Made by a program: the position numbers and the translations under genes. From assembly GCA_963846575.1 (NCBI GenBank), contig CAWJWJ010000001.1:768001-832000 (forward strand): 64,000 nt of DNA. Reading direction: 5' to 3'. Positions 48,570 through 58,405 of the stretch are shown piece by piece. The notes under the pieces are model-generated. The model searched no databases. It saw only the letters and a program-made list of their open reading frames with translations, and was not told where the DNA came from. The stretch is from an uncultured Nitrospiraceae bacterium. GTDB lineage: Bacteria; Nitrospirota; Nitrospiria; Nitrospirales; Nitrospiraceae. Positions within the stretch are counted from its first letter, which is position 1. Each line of letters opens with the position of its first letter.

Positions 48570-50027
48570 TCAGTCGACTGAGGGCGCTGGACGGGGTATG
48601 TTCGTGTGCCCGATGGATGGCCGCGTGGCAAGTTTGCTGTGGCGCATGCCGTAGGCCATGTATACCCCTATGCCGATGACAGTCCAGACCACAAAACGCA
48701 CCCAGGTCATCCAGGGAAGGAAATACATCAGGCCGAGGCAGGCCAGCACACCCAAGATGGGAACGACCGGCATGAACGGTAGTCGAAAGGGACGAGACTC
48801 ATTCGGCTTGGTGTAGCGCAATATCATTATTCCGATGCAGACCAGGGCAAAGGCGAAGAGCGTACCGATATTGGTCATATCGGCGGCCTCTCCGATCGGA
48901 ATTAATGCAGCCATGATGGCCACGGCGACGCCCGTCAAGTATGTCGCATGGTGTGGAGTTCTGAAGGTCGGATGGACTGCCGAGAGCCATGGACCCAGGA
49001 GACCGTCCCGGGACATGGCAAAGAACACGCGAATCTGCCCGAGCATCATCACCACAAGAACACTCGTGATGCCGGCTACCGCGCCGGTGGCCACGATCGC
49101 AGCTCCCCATTGAAAGCCCGCCACACGTAATCCTTCGGCCACTGGCGCATGGACGTCTATCTGTGCAAAGGGAACCAGTCCAGTGAGCACTGCGGCGACA
49201 GCAATGTAGAGCACTGTGCAAACGGCCAGCGATGCAAAAATGCCGATGGGCAGGTCTCGCTGGGGATTCTTGACCTCCTCCGCGGTAGTGGTGACGGCAT
49301 CAAATCCGATATAGGCAAAGAAGACAATGGCGGCGGCCGCGCCTACGCCTGCGAAGCCGAAGGGCATGAAAGGCGACCAGTTCGCCGTATCGACGGATGA
49401 GACGCCCACGGTAATAAAGAAGAGGATCACGGCTAATTTGATGATGACGATGATGCCGGTTGCTCGCGCGCTTTCCTTCACTCCGATGATCAGGATGCCG
49501 GTCACCAACAGGACGATAATGGCGGCCGGAATGTTCGCGACGCCTCCGTCTGCACCGGGAGGATGGGTGGCCCAGTAAGGAAGTTCGACGCCGCAGAGCT
49601 GCAAGATGTTATTAAAGTATCCCGACCATCCGATGGCGACCGCCACACAGGCAACGCCGTATTCCAAGATGAGATTCCATCCCGTCAGCCAGGCGAGGAA
49701 CTCCCCCAGGGTTGCATAGGAATAGGTGTAGGCGCTGCCGGCCACGGGAATCATCGCTGCAAACTCCGCATAGCAGAGGGCGGCCAGCGCGCACGTGATT
49801 CCGGAGAGGATGAAGGAGAGGACGATACCAGGCCCGGCCCCGGGTCGATGAGCGTCCCCGACGATGGCCGTTCCGATCAGTACGAAAATGCCGGTGCCGA
49901 TGATGGCCCCGATGCCCAGCCCCGTTAAATCCCAGGCCGTGAGAGTCCGTTTGAGGCGATGTTCTGGAGCATCAGAATCAGCGAGGATTCGTTCGATGGA
50001 TTTGGTACGAAACAGCGGATTGCCCAC
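48570..50027 (-). CDS. APC-superfamily amino acid permease (cationic amino acid transporter-like)
   Basis: LGIGAIIGTGIFV, CYAEFAAMIPVAGSAYTYSY, FFAYIGFDAV, RVFFAMSRDGLL; GTG 50027 with GAGGA RBS, alternative ATG 50072. Confidence 0.93.
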   Translation of the reverse strand: MGNPLFRTKSIERILADSDAPEHRLKRTLTAWDLTGLGIGAIIGTGIFVLIGTAIVGDAHRPGAGPGIVLSFILSGITCALAALCYAEFAAMIPVAGSAYTYSYATLGEFLAWLTGWNLILEYGVACVAVAIGWSGYFNNILQLCGVELPYWATHPPGADGGVANIPAAIIVLLVTGILIIGVKESARATGIIVIIKLAVILFFITVGVSSVDTANWSPFMPFGFAGVGAAAAIVFFAYIGFDAVTTTAEEVKNPQRDLPIGIFASLAVCTVLYIAVAAVLTGLVPFAQIDVHAPVAEGLRVAGFQWGAAIVATGAVAGITSVLVVMMLGQIRVFFAMSRDGLLGPWLSAVHPTFRTPHHATYLTGVAVAIMAALIPIGEAADMTNIGTLFAFALVCIGIMILRYTKPNESRPFRLPFMPVVPILGVLACLGLMYFLPWMTWVRFVVWTVIGIGVYMAYGMRHSKLATRPSIGHTNIPRPAPSVD

Positions 50028-50090
50028 GCAGTGTCCTCTCTCCGGTGGCGTCACGTCCATGTCCGCTGTCATGGCTGCATGAGCACCGTA

Positions 50091-50867
50091 TCATGACTTT
50101 TTCTCAAGTATAGCAGGCGCGGCACGGGGTGATGGGCGACGCGCGGCCTCTCGCAAGAAGGCTTCGAACAGACGGCGATGCGAACGGTGTCGCTCGAACA
50201 GGAATTCGGGGTGCCACTGCAGGCCCAGGAAGAATCGGTGTGTGGGATGTTCGATGGCTTCGATGATTCCATCGGGCGCCGTGGCGCTGGCAATGAGAGG
50301 ACGCCCGACCGCTTTCACAGACTGGTGATGAGAACTGTTCACCTGCATGCGAGAGCGTTTGACGATTCGCTGGAGCAGACTCCCGGCGGTCACCGAGACG
50401 CTGTGGGAGACACGAGTGGCCGGCGGGGTTTGCCTGTGTTGTAGGGTATCAGCAACCTGTGCCGGAATATCTTGATACAAGCTTCCGCCGCAGGCGACGT
50501 TCATCGTCTGCATTCCTCCGCAAATAGCCAGAGTCGGAACGCCCTGACGTAAAGCCAGTCGGACGAGACTTATTTCAAAGTCGGAACGCCGGACGGCCAC
50601 GACGGGAAATTCGTAGCGTCGTCGCTCTCCATATAGCGCCGGACTGAGGTCCGGTCCGCTTCCGGTCAAGAGGAGTCCGTCGATCCTTTGAAGGAGGTGC
50701 CGCCGCGAGGGCTGGTCGGCGACCAGCGGCAAAATCACCGGCACGCCGCCCAACTCCTCGATGGCACGAACGTATCGAGCCCTCAGAAAATAGGTCGGTT
50801 CTTTACCTCCCCATTCTTGGCGGTCGCCGGCATTGAAGTCAGGCGTGACGCCGATGACCGGTTTCAT
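50091..50867 (-). CDS. Gamma-glutamyl-gamma-aminobutyrate hydrolase family (peptidase C26)
   Basis: KPVIGVT, DGLLLTGSGPD, AICGGMQ nucleophile, VNSSHHQ, GLQWHPE. Confidence 0.9.
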   Translation of the reverse strand: MKPVIGVTPDFNAGDRQEWGGKEPTYFLRARYVRAIEELGGVPVILPLVADQPSRRHLLQRIDGLLLTGSGPDLSPALYGERRRYEFPVVAVRRSDFEISLVRLALRQGVPTLAICGGMQTMNVACGGSLYQDIPAQVADTLQHRQTPPATRVSHSVSVTAGSLLQRIVKRSRMQVNSSHHQSVKAVGRPLIASATAPDGIIEAIEHPTHRFFLGLQWHPEFLFERHRSHRRLFEAFLREAARRPSPRAAPAILEKKS

Positions 50868-50868
50868 G

Positions 50869-51342
50869 CTACCGAATCGGTTCCAATGGGAGCGGCGCAG
50901 GTTCCTGCGGCGTGTATTCGATCACGTCTCTTGCGGGCTCTGCCGGAACTCCCAGGAAGCGGATCGGCTTATCGCCCTTCAGGTGCTCCGGAGTGATGAT
51001 GTAGGTGCCGTATATGCTTGGGATCCATATGTTCTTGGCCGTTTGTTCACTGCCTCCCGAGAAACCGTACGCTAATCCACCGACCACGCCGCCACCGACC
51101 GCAAACGCCAGTTTGAGAGGGAAGTAGATGATAGTGGCCAATGCAGACCCGGCCTGGATGCCCACCCCCGACGCACTCGTGTCGTTTGACGAGGCGGGAG
51201 GATTGGACCCGCTACCCGCGTCTTGCGCCAGGACCGGCGTAACGAGAATAGCCACGGAGCAAAACATGACCAGGCTCAGGACGATGGCGTTCGACCAGAG
51301 GCTGCGCCGTCTTTTGAAGGGCAAATTAACAGAGACGTTCAC
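50869..51342 (-). CDS. Hypothetical exported/membrane protein
   Basis: AAGGAGG RBS; signal peptide; glycine-rich hydrophobic segment. Confidence 0.72.
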   Translation of the reverse strand: MNVSVNLPFKRRRSLWSNAIVLSLVMFCSVAILVTPVLAQDAGSGSNPPASSNDTSASGVGIQAGSALATIIYFPLKLAFAVGGGVVGGLAYGFSGGSEQTAKNIWIPSIYGTYIITPEHLKGDKPIRFLGVPAEPARDVIEYTPQEPAPLPLEPIR

Positions 51343-51457
51343 GTTGTGTGCCTCCTTCGTGCTGAAGTGACGATTTGGTGTGAAGGAAAATGAGTACTGA
51401 TGAGCTGTGCTCGATTGTGCTTGCTGATCTGTCCTTATAACAAATCTACCCCCATTT

Positions 51458-51982
51458 TCAAACCCCTTCCGGCTTGGGCACGGGGTTCTTCGCTGCTCCC
51501 GACGGGTCAGGCACGACCTCGAGATCGAGTTCGAGCCGAATCAGCTCAGTCAACCGTTCCGGCTGTTCTTGGATGAGGCGATCCAGGTCATCGGCGAACG
51601 TCTCGGCGACGATCACTTGGTTTTCTTGCTCCAGTCCTCTCTGAATGGCCAGGTTAAGTGTGCAAGTGCAGAAGGCTTGAATCAAGAGGTCGTCAGCCCG
51701 GCGAGTCATGGCTTCGTGGTCCCCCTGCTCCACAGGCTGGAGGGCTTTTCCGAGCCATGCAAGGTAGTCTACCTGTCTCCGAGCCCGCACGAGAGAATCC
51801 TGGGCGACGTCCACTGCGACCTGCACCCCGCCTTTCCAACTGCGTTTCTTTACGTTGAAGACGCACCGCACGTGATCCGGTCGATGCTCTGCCGGTTCCG
51901 GCCCAAAAAAAAAGGTGACGCGGTAGTGAGTGACATCCGATGAAGGGGGCATAGGCATAGCGAATTGTCGACATTGTATCAT
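51458..51982 (-). CDS. Hypothetical protein
   Basis: Longest ORF filling the gap, protein-like composition; start uncertain. Confidence 0.6.
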   Translation of the reverse strand: MIQCRQFAMPMPPSSDVTHYRVTFFFGPEPAEHRPDHVRCVFNVKKRSWKGGVQVAVDVAQDSLVRARRQVDYLAWLGKALQPVEQGDHEAMTRRADDLLIQAFCTCTLNLAIQRGLEQENQVIVAETFADDLDRLIQEQPERLTELIRLELDLEVVPDPSGAAKNPVPKPEGV

Positions 51983-52040
51983 CGAGGAGGAGGGAGCGAA
52001 CAGGATGATTGGTCAGTAGCATCGATTCCGAAATGACGTT

Positions 52041-53270
52041 ATGATGACGGCCATGGACGCTCCGGCTCTTTGTAGCTCACGAGTTGCACGCATTCAGCAA
52101 GCCATCCGAGAACATCCGGGGCTTGACGGCTGGCTATTTTATGACTTCCGTCATCTCGACCCGATTGCGTACCGTGTGTTGCTGCTGGATAGCTCGCTGC
52201 ACGTGACGCGGCGTTGGTACTATTGGATTCCCGCGCAAGGCGTTCCTGTCAAACTACAGCATCGCATCGAGCCGCATGTTTTGGATAACCTGCCTGGAGA
52301 GAGTTGGTCGTACGTGTCTTGGCGAGAACAGCAGGCATTGCTGGGGTCCGTCCTCCAATCCGCCAGTCGTGTTGCGATGCAGTACTCGCCTATGAATGCG
52401 ATACCGTACCTATCGCGTGTCGATGCTGGTACCATTGATCTGGTGCGCAGCCTGAAGGTGGACGTGGTGTCCTCCGCGGATTTAGTTCAACAATTCGAAG
52501 CGGTATGGAATGACTCGCAATTGGCCTCCCATCGTGTCGCGGCAGAAGGCCTTCGGGCGATAGTGGATGAGGCGTTTGCCTTTGTGGGGACCTCACTTGC
52601 CGAGCGCAGAGAGGTCACTGAATACGGGCTGCAACAATATATTCTTTCCCGGATGAAGACGCGTGGCCTGGTGACCTCAAGTCCGCCGATCGCTGCCGTC
52701 AATGCCCACAGCGCCGATCCCCATTATGGGCCATCTTCTGAGGGGTCTTCTCCTATCCGACCGGGTGATCTGGTGTTGATCGACCTGTGGGCCAAGCAGC
52801 CTGGTTCCGGTGCGGTTTATGCCGACATTACCTGGACCGGATTCGTGGGGCAGTCTGTGCCTGCACGCCATCAAGAGGTGTTTCAGATCGTGCGGCGTGC
52901 GAGGGACGCCGCCGTGACGTTCGTGCAAAGTCAGGTGCAGGGGGGGACGTTTCCGTACGGATGGGAAGTGGACGATGTTTGTCGAGGGATGATTCAGGAT
53001 GCGGGGTATGGCGAATACTTCGTGCACCGAACCGGCCATTCAATTGGTGAGGAGGTGCACGGCAATGGGGCCAACATCGATAATCTGGAAACACAGGATG
53101 CGCGACGCTTATTGCCGGGCACCTGTTTTTCGATCGAACCGGGGATTTACCTGCCGCAAGAGTTCGGTATCAGAAGCGAACTGGACGTGTATCTTTCCTC
53201 GCACGAGGCCATCGTCTATGGTCAACCGGTTCAAACGGAACTTGTGGCAATTGTCGTCCCTACCACATAG
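52041..53270 (+). CDS. Xaa-Pro aminopeptidase family (M24)
   Basis: HSADPHY, LIDLWAK, YADITWT, HRTGHSIG..VHG, FSIEPGIY, GIRSE. Confidence 0.92.
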   Translation: MMTAMDAPALCSSRVARIQQAIREHPGLDGWLFYDFRHLDPIAYRVLLLDSSLHVTRRWYYWIPAQGVPVKLQHRIEPHVLDNLPGESWSYVSWREQQALLGSVLQSASRVAMQYSPMNAIPYLSRVDAGTIDLVRSLKVDVVSSADLVQQFEAVWNDSQLASHRVAAEGLRAIVDEAFAFVGTSLAERREVTEYGLQQYILSRMKTRGLVTSSPPIAAVNAHSADPHYGPSSEGSSPIRPGDLVLIDLWAKQPGSGAVYADITWTGFVGQSVPARHQEVFQIVRRARDAAVTFVQSQVQGGTFPYGWEVDDVCRGMIQDAGYGEYFVHRTGHSIGEEVHGNGANIDNLETQDARRLLPGTCFSIEPGIYLPQEFGIRSELDVYLSSHEAIVYGQPVQTELVAIVVPTT

Positions 53271-53314
53271 GCCAGGTGAGTTCCGGGACAGAGGTGATTT
53301 GCCCTCCGCCTTTC

Positions 53315-53344
53315 TTGACACCTTTTGCATCGGGCAGCTATCGT
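53315..53344 (+). promoter_or_regulatory. Sigma70-type promoter TTGACA-N18-TATCGT
   Basis: Perfect -35 and TAnnnT -10 about 70 nt upstream of tatA. Confidence 0.5.
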
Positions 53345-53415
53345 GAGAGATCGGAGGGCGAGAGAGGTTCTCTAGGACTGACTTGACTCCTATTCGCCGA
53401 GGAAGGACATCGAAC

Positions 53416-54261
53416 ATGTTTGGCACCATGGGATTCTCCGAAATGATTATCATCCTGGTCATCGTGTTAATTATTTTTGGGGCGGGAAAACTTCCTCAAA
53501 TCGGCGAAGGGGTGGGTAAGGCGCTCAAGGGGTTCAAGAAGGAGGTCAATGACATCCCGCCTCCTGAGGCCACGGTTGAACAGAATGTGCCCGCCGCTTC
53601 CCTTGCCGACACTCAGCCTCAGCCGGCACCGGAAACAAATCAGGCGGCCCCACCTTCTACAGTGTCGTCGGTTCCACCCCCTCCCAAACCCACTGCGCCG
53701 TACACGCCTGGTCCAGAGCTAACTCCAGGAACAACAGCCGCTCTCATGGCTGCCGCAGCACCACAAGGTCCGCAATCCCCTAAGGTCCGGGTCGCTCCCC
53801 CTATGCCGGGTCAGACCGCAGCAGGGTCTCCAGGCGCACAGAGCCAGCAGCCTCCAACGATGGAGGATCGGATGGCTACTCCCGCGCCAGGAGTGAGAGG
53901 GCAATACCCGCCTCTTCCGGCCGGCGCCCAGAGCAAGCCCGCGGCGAAACGTCCCTCGGCCATTGTTAACAAGGATGCCGTGGCTCGGGTGCAGGCGGCT
54001 CAGGCGGCCATGCGGGCAAAAGCCACACAATCTCAGCAGGCAGGTGTATCTCCCCAGGACATGCAGGGTTTTGGGGAAGGTCTGGGCGATGCCGTGCGTA
54101 CGTTCCGTCAAGCGGTGGCTGATGTTCGGAATTCGGTCGACCCTGAAATGCGAACGATTCGGGCGGAGATGGATTCGGCCCAGAAAGAGTTGGAGCAGTC
54201 GATCGAGGCCGCCAAACAAGATCCCGTGCCCGATGATGATTCTTCATCGAAACCTGTCTAG
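53416..54261 (+). CDS. tatA: Elongated TatA/E-family twin-arginine translocase subunit
   Basis: MGFSEMIIILVIVLIIFGAGKLPQIGEGVGKALKGFKK, then a long Pro-rich linker and a second amphipathic helix. Confidence 0.85.
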   Translation: MFGTMGFSEMIIILVIVLIIFGAGKLPQIGEGVGKALKGFKKEVNDIPPPEATVEQNVPAASLADTQPQPAPETNQAAPPSTVSSVPPPPKPTAPYTPGPELTPGTTAALMAAAAPQGPQSPKVRVAPPMPGQTAAGSPGAQSQQPPTMEDRMATPAPGVRGQYPPLPAGAQSKPAAKRPSAIVNKDAVARVQAAQAAMRAKATQSQQAGVSPQDMQGFGEGLGDAVRTFRQAVADVRNSVDPEMRTIRAEMDSAQKELEQSIEAAKQDPVPDDDSSSKPV

Positions 54262-54305
54262 CTCGGACCCTCGGATTCACTGACTTAGACGAGGTTCTTC
54301 CTCTC

Positions 54306-55094
54306 GTGTCGTCTCGTCCCGTCATCCATTGCGGCCTCTTGATTGTTCTCTGCGTAGTGGCCGGGTGTTATGTCGACGCGCCCCCGGCCAGGCCGGAAGT
54401 CATATCCGCACGCCTGATTGAACTGCTTGATGATCCGGATCCCGATATGCGGCGCGCCGTGGCAGAATCGCTGGGAAAAATTGGATATTACTCGGCGGCG
54501 CCAGGGCTTGTTTCGGCGCTGGACGATTCTGAAGCGCGGGTAAGGGCTGCTGCCGCCCTTTCATTGGGCCGGCTAGGTCACAGGGAGAGCGGTGGTGCAC
54601 TCGTAAGGTGTCTTGCAGATTCAGCTGAGTCAGTAAGAATGGCTGCCGCCCTGGCGCTTGGGGAGCTCGAACCATCCCTGGCTTGGGAGGCATTGATTCT
54701 TGCTAGGCTAGGCCAGGGACGTGGTCCGGAACGCATGGCTGCAAGCCGGGCCTTGCTCGGACTGGACACCATTACATTCACGGACGCTCTCCCTCGTGCT
54801 CTGAGCGATCCGGATCCGAGGATTCGTCAGGGAATTGCGGCTGCGTTGGGGGAGACGGGCGATGTGCGGGCCGTGCCCTTCCTGCTCTCGCTCCTCCAGA
54901 CAGATGTCTTCGCTGGCGTACGGACGGAAGCGGCGTTTCGACTTGGGAAAATCGGTGATGACCGGGTTGCGGTTGATTTGGCGAAGGCTGCTCAGGCCGA
55001 CTCAGACGCGGTGGTTCGCGGATGGGCGCGATGGGGAATGCAGCAAATTACGCAGTCGCACGAGTTCGGTTCAGGGATTCGACCAGTTCGATGA
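54306..55094 (+). CDS. HEAT-repeat lipoprotein
   Basis: Lipobox VAGC; repeated L-x-D-x4-VR-x-AAA-x-ALG units. Confidence 0.82.
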   Translation: MSSRPVIHCGLLIVLCVVAGCYVDAPPARPEVISARLIELLDDPDPDMRRAVAESLGKIGYYSAAPGLVSALDDSEARVRAAAALSLGRLGHRESGGALVRCLADSAESVRMAAALALGELEPSLAWEALILARLGQGRGPERMAASRALLGLDTITFTDALPRALSDPDPRIRQGIAAALGETGDVRAVPFLLSLLQTDVFAGVRTEAAFRLGKIGDDRVAVDLAKAAQADSDAVVRGWARWGMQQITQSHEFGSGIRPVR

Positions 55095-55566
55095 GCCCTT
55101 CCTGCGCAGTCTTATCAATGTCTGTAAATTGGATGCCCATGCCAGGAAAGAGCAAGTATCGCTCGGGTTTTAAGCGTGTCCATGCGACCTTTGCGCGGGT
55201 TTCAAATTTCTCCCCTGGTCGATCGGGCAGCGCGAATTCCACTTTCAGCTCGGTCCCCAGTGGAAGTGGCGTACTGCTTTCGATGAAAAGTCCTCCTCCG
55301 CCAATACCCCCAGTCAGACTGTCAAAATGCCTGCCATCTGGAGTAATGCAATGGACCTTAATTGCGAGAGGGGCTCGTGGATGCAGGCGACTGTGTGCAA
55401 AGCGGGCGTCTTCGTCAACCGAGAGGATATGCTCAATTATCGTGCCCCAGCTCACGATACCAAGAAGCTGGTTTTTCGCATCGAATAGGGAGACGGTTTC
55501 TTGATCGCAATCGATGCCGAGTATTTTCCCCTGATGCTCACGAGTGGCGGTGACAGGAAATTTCAT
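55048..55566 (-). CDS. PilZ-domain protein, paralog 2
   Basis: RLHPRAPL, GGIGGGGLFIES, AKVAW, PGMGIQF. Confidence 0.85.
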   Translation of the reverse strand: MKFPVTATREHQGKILGIDCDQETVSLFDAKNQLLGIVSWGTIIEHILSVDEDARFAHSRLHPRAPLAIKVHCITPDGRHFDSLTGGIGGGGLFIESSTPLPLGTELKVEFALPDRPGEKFETRAKVAWTRLKPERYLLFPGMGIQFTDIDKTAQEGLIELVESLNRTRATA

Positions 55567-55617
55567 CTTGGGTACAAACCTTCGCGTGGTTGTAGTACAA
55601 AGTCGAATCGGCAACGG

Positions 55618-56154
55618 TCACTTGGTCCGTTGCAACGGGTCGTTCTGCGGAATACCTTTGACTGAATGGATCAGACTCAGGACTCGGCTTCGTGTTTCCT
55701 GAGTGATATCGGTGAAGCGTACGCCCATGCCGGGGCTAAACGTGTACTGATCTGCCTTGGGGCAGACCCAGGCGATGCCTCCCTTCGCAAACAACCACTC
55801 GCCTGGACTTTCGGGGAGTGTGAATTCCATGCTCAGCTTGGTCCCGACCGCCAATGGCGCCATACTCTCAATGAAAAGTCCGCCTCCGCCTATTCCGCCT
55901 GCGCGACTCTCAAACTGAGTGCCTTCAGGAGTGGTGTACTTGACCCGGATGGAGAGCGAGATGCGGGGTTCGGCCCGAGCTTCACGGAGTGGTTGCGGTG
56001 TTCGGTATGTGAGAATTTGGTCGACAATGAAATCCCAAGACAAGCTTCCCGCCGGTTCGCCATTAATGCCGACTAGGTTAATCATTTCGCTGGCGGGGTC
56101 GATTTCGAGCATTTTCCCCTTGTGTCTGTTGCTCGATAAAATTGGCAATTTCAC
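55618..56154 (-). CDS. PilZ-domain protein, paralog 1
   Basis: RAEPRISL, GGIGGGGLFIES, IAWV, PGMGVRF. Confidence 0.85.
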   Translation of the reverse strand: MKLPILSSNRHKGKMLEIDPASEMINLVGINGEPAGSLSWDFIVDQILTYRTPQPLREARAEPRISLSIRVKYTTPEGTQFESRAGGIGGGGLFIESMAPLAVGTKLSMEFTLPESPGEWLFAKGGIAWVCPKADQYTFSPGMGVRFTDITQETRSRVLSLIHSVKGIPQNDPLQRTK

Positions 56155-56299
56155 GCGCGCTATCCCTCAGAACATAACGCCTTGGGGGAGCTAGTATCTT
56201 TACGAGAGTATACCTCATGGAATCGTTTTGTCGACAAAAAGCAAGAGTTTAGGATTAAGGCGGAAGGGAGAGCGAGAGATACTTCCCCAAGATGAGGAA

Positions 56300-56319
56300 G
56301 AGGGGGCCGAAGCCCCCTC
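56300..56319 (-). terminator. Intrinsic terminator-like hairpin after clpX
   Basis: GAGGGGGC-TTCG-GCCCCCTC, an 8-bp stem with UUCG loop, followed by TTCCTC. Confidence 0.65.
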
Positions 56320-56363
56320 ATGATTCAAAAGCGGTTTGGTCGACGGGAAATCGAATGGGATGA

Positions 56364-57620
56364 CTAGGCGCTCTTCACGTCCTTGTCCTGCTCAAAAATG
56401 CGGATTGGAGCATGTTTGCCGCTGATGGCGTCCTCGGTGATTACAACTTCTTTAATCTGCTTCTGAGACGGAGCATCATACATCACGTCGAGCATGGCCT
56501 CCTCGAGGATTGAGCGCAATCCACGAGCGCCTGTTTTCTGCGTGAAGGCCTTTCGTGCAATCGCCCCCAGCGCCGCGTCGGTGAATCTAAGTTTTACTTT
56601 CTCGAAAGAGAGGAGTTTTTCGTATTGTTTGGTAAGGGCGTTTCTCGGCTCGGTGAGAATACGGATCAGTGCCTCTTCATCCAGTTCATCAAGAGTGGCG
56701 ACCACTGGGAGTCGACCAATAAATTCAGGGATCAGGCCGTACTTCAAAAGGTCTTCTGGTTGGACATGCGGCAGCAGTTCCCCAAGCCGCACATCGTTTC
56801 GGCCACGAACATCCGCGCCAAAACCCATCGATCTTTTGTTCATGCGCTGCTCGATGATATGCTCCAATCCGACAAATGCCCCACCGCAGATGAACAGGAT
56901 GTTGGCGGTGTTCACCTGGATAAACTCCTGGTGGGGGTGCTTGCGCCCCCCTTGAGGAGGGACATTGGCAACCGTTCCTTCAATGAGTTTGAGGAGCGCC
57001 TGTTGCACGCCCTCTCCCGAGACGTCCCTTGTAATGGACGGACTGTCGCTTTTTCTGCTGATTTTATCGATTTCATCGATGTATACGATGCCGCGTTCTG
57101 CGCGTTCGACGTCGTAGTCGGCGGCCTGCAGCAGCTTGAGAATGATGTTTTCCACATCTTCTCCGACGTAGCCGGCTTCTGTAAGTGTCGTGGCGTCAGC
57201 CAGAGTGAAGGGCACATCCAAAAACTTGGCAAGGGTTTGGGCCAATAAGGTTTTTCCCGTGCCGGTGGGGCCGATGACCAAAATGTTGCCTTTTTGGAGT
57301 TCGACGTCGTCAACGTCTTTGTCCTTGGCAGAGATGCGTTTGTAGTGATTATGTACGGCTACGGATAAAATTCTCTTAGCACGATCCTGCCCCACCACAT
57401 ATTGGTCAAGATGATGCTTGATTTCCGCAGGTTTTTTTAGTTTAGAGGATATCTCCTCCTTTGCCTCTTCCCAGTCCTCCGCAATGATGTCATTGCAGAG
57501 ATTGACGCATTCGTCGCAGATATAGACGGTCGGACCAGCGATTAATTTCCGTACTTCGTCACGACTTTTTCCGCAAAACGAACAACGCAGGTGTCGATCT
57601 ATCTTTTCTTGCTTAGCCAT
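56364..57620 (-). CDS. clpX: ATP-dependent Clp protease ATP-binding subunit
   Basis: Zn finger CSFC...[31 protein letters not shown] loop. Confidence 0.98.
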   Translation of the reverse strand: MAKQEKIDRHLRCSFCGKSRDEVRKLIAGPTVYICDECVNLCNDIIAEDWEEAKEEISSKLKKPAEIKHHLDQYVVGQDRAKRILSVAVHNHYKRISAKDKDVDDVELQKGNILVIGPTGTGKTLLAQTLAKFLDVPFTLADATTLTEAGYVGEDVENIILKLLQAADYDVERAERGIVYIDEIDKISRKSDSPSITRDVSGEGVQQALLKLIEGTVANVPPQGGRKHPHQEFIQVNTANILFICGGAFVGLEHIIEQRMNKRSMGFGADVRGRNDVRLGELLPHVQPEDLLKYGLIPEFIGRLPVVATLDELDEEALIRILTEPRNALTKQYEKLLSFEKVKLRFTDAALGAIARKAFTQKTGARGLRSILEEAMLDVMYDAPSQKQIKEVVITEDAISGKHAPIRIFEQDKDVKSA

Positions 57621-57645
57621 GCTGCCTCCTGTACACCAAGGTCAA

Positions 57646-58281
57646 CTAGCTCTTGCCGCCCTCTTTCCCTGAATCCGTAGACCCTAGCGGTTTGAGGCTT
57701 TTCAGTGGGCGTGTAATGACTTCGTCGATAAGCCCGTAACGCTTTGCTTCCTCGCTCGACATAAAATAGTCTCGCTCTGTATCCTGGGAAATCTTGTCGA
57801 GCGGCTGTCCGGTGTGTTTGGCCATGATTTCGTTTAAGCGTTCACGAATTTTTAAGATCTCTCGTGCGTGAATGTCGATTTCGGTCGCCTGCCCCTGGAA
57901 CCCGCCCATCGGTTGATGGATCATGACCCGAGCATTCGGTAAGGCATAGCGCTTCCCCTTGGTACCAGCGGTTAGGAGAAAAGCGCCCATGCTCGCTGCC
58001 TGACCCAGACATATTGTGTTAATGGCAGGCTTGACGTATTGCATGGTATCGTAAATACCCAATCCAGCGGTTACGCTTCCGCCGGGAGAATTGATATAGA
58101 GATTAATGTCTTTCTCAGGGTCTTCGGCTTCCAGGAACAGCAATTGCGCGATGATCAAGTTCGCGAACACGTCATCGATAGGTGCGCCGAGAAAGATGAT
58201 ACGATCTTTAAGAAGACGTGAATAGATGTCGTAGGCACGTTCGCCGCGGTTTGTCTGTTCGATGACAATCGGAACTAACAT
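57646..58281 (-). CDS. clpP: ATP-dependent Clp protease proteolytic subunit
   Basis: [35 protein letters not shown]. Confidence 0.98.
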   Translation of the reverse strand: MLVPIVIEQTNRGERAYDIYSRLLKDRIIFLGAPIDDVFANLIIAQLLFLEAEDPEKDINLYINSPGGSVTAGLGIYDTMQYVKPAINTICLGQAASMGAFLLTAGTKGKRYALPNARVMIHQPMGGFQGQATEIDIHAREILKIRERLNEIMAKHTGQPLDKISQDTERDYFMSSEEAKRYGLIDEVITRPLKSLKPLGSTDSGKEGGKS

Positions 58282-58405
58282 TCAGCTGAATCCTTTCCGC
58301 TAGAGGCCCTGCAAGTAGAAACTCACTATTTTACCACGTGTGCAATCCAGTATCTGGGATCCCTACTGGGATTCTTGCCACCCGGGTTCCAATTGCCTGA
58401 GGTCG

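Noticed and set aside
48570..50867. APC permease plus hydrolase as a guanidine-utilisation locus
   Set aside because: The hydrolase is a C26 glutamine-amidotransferase type, not a ureohydrolase/guanidinase; no Ni chaperone genes or riboswitch are present
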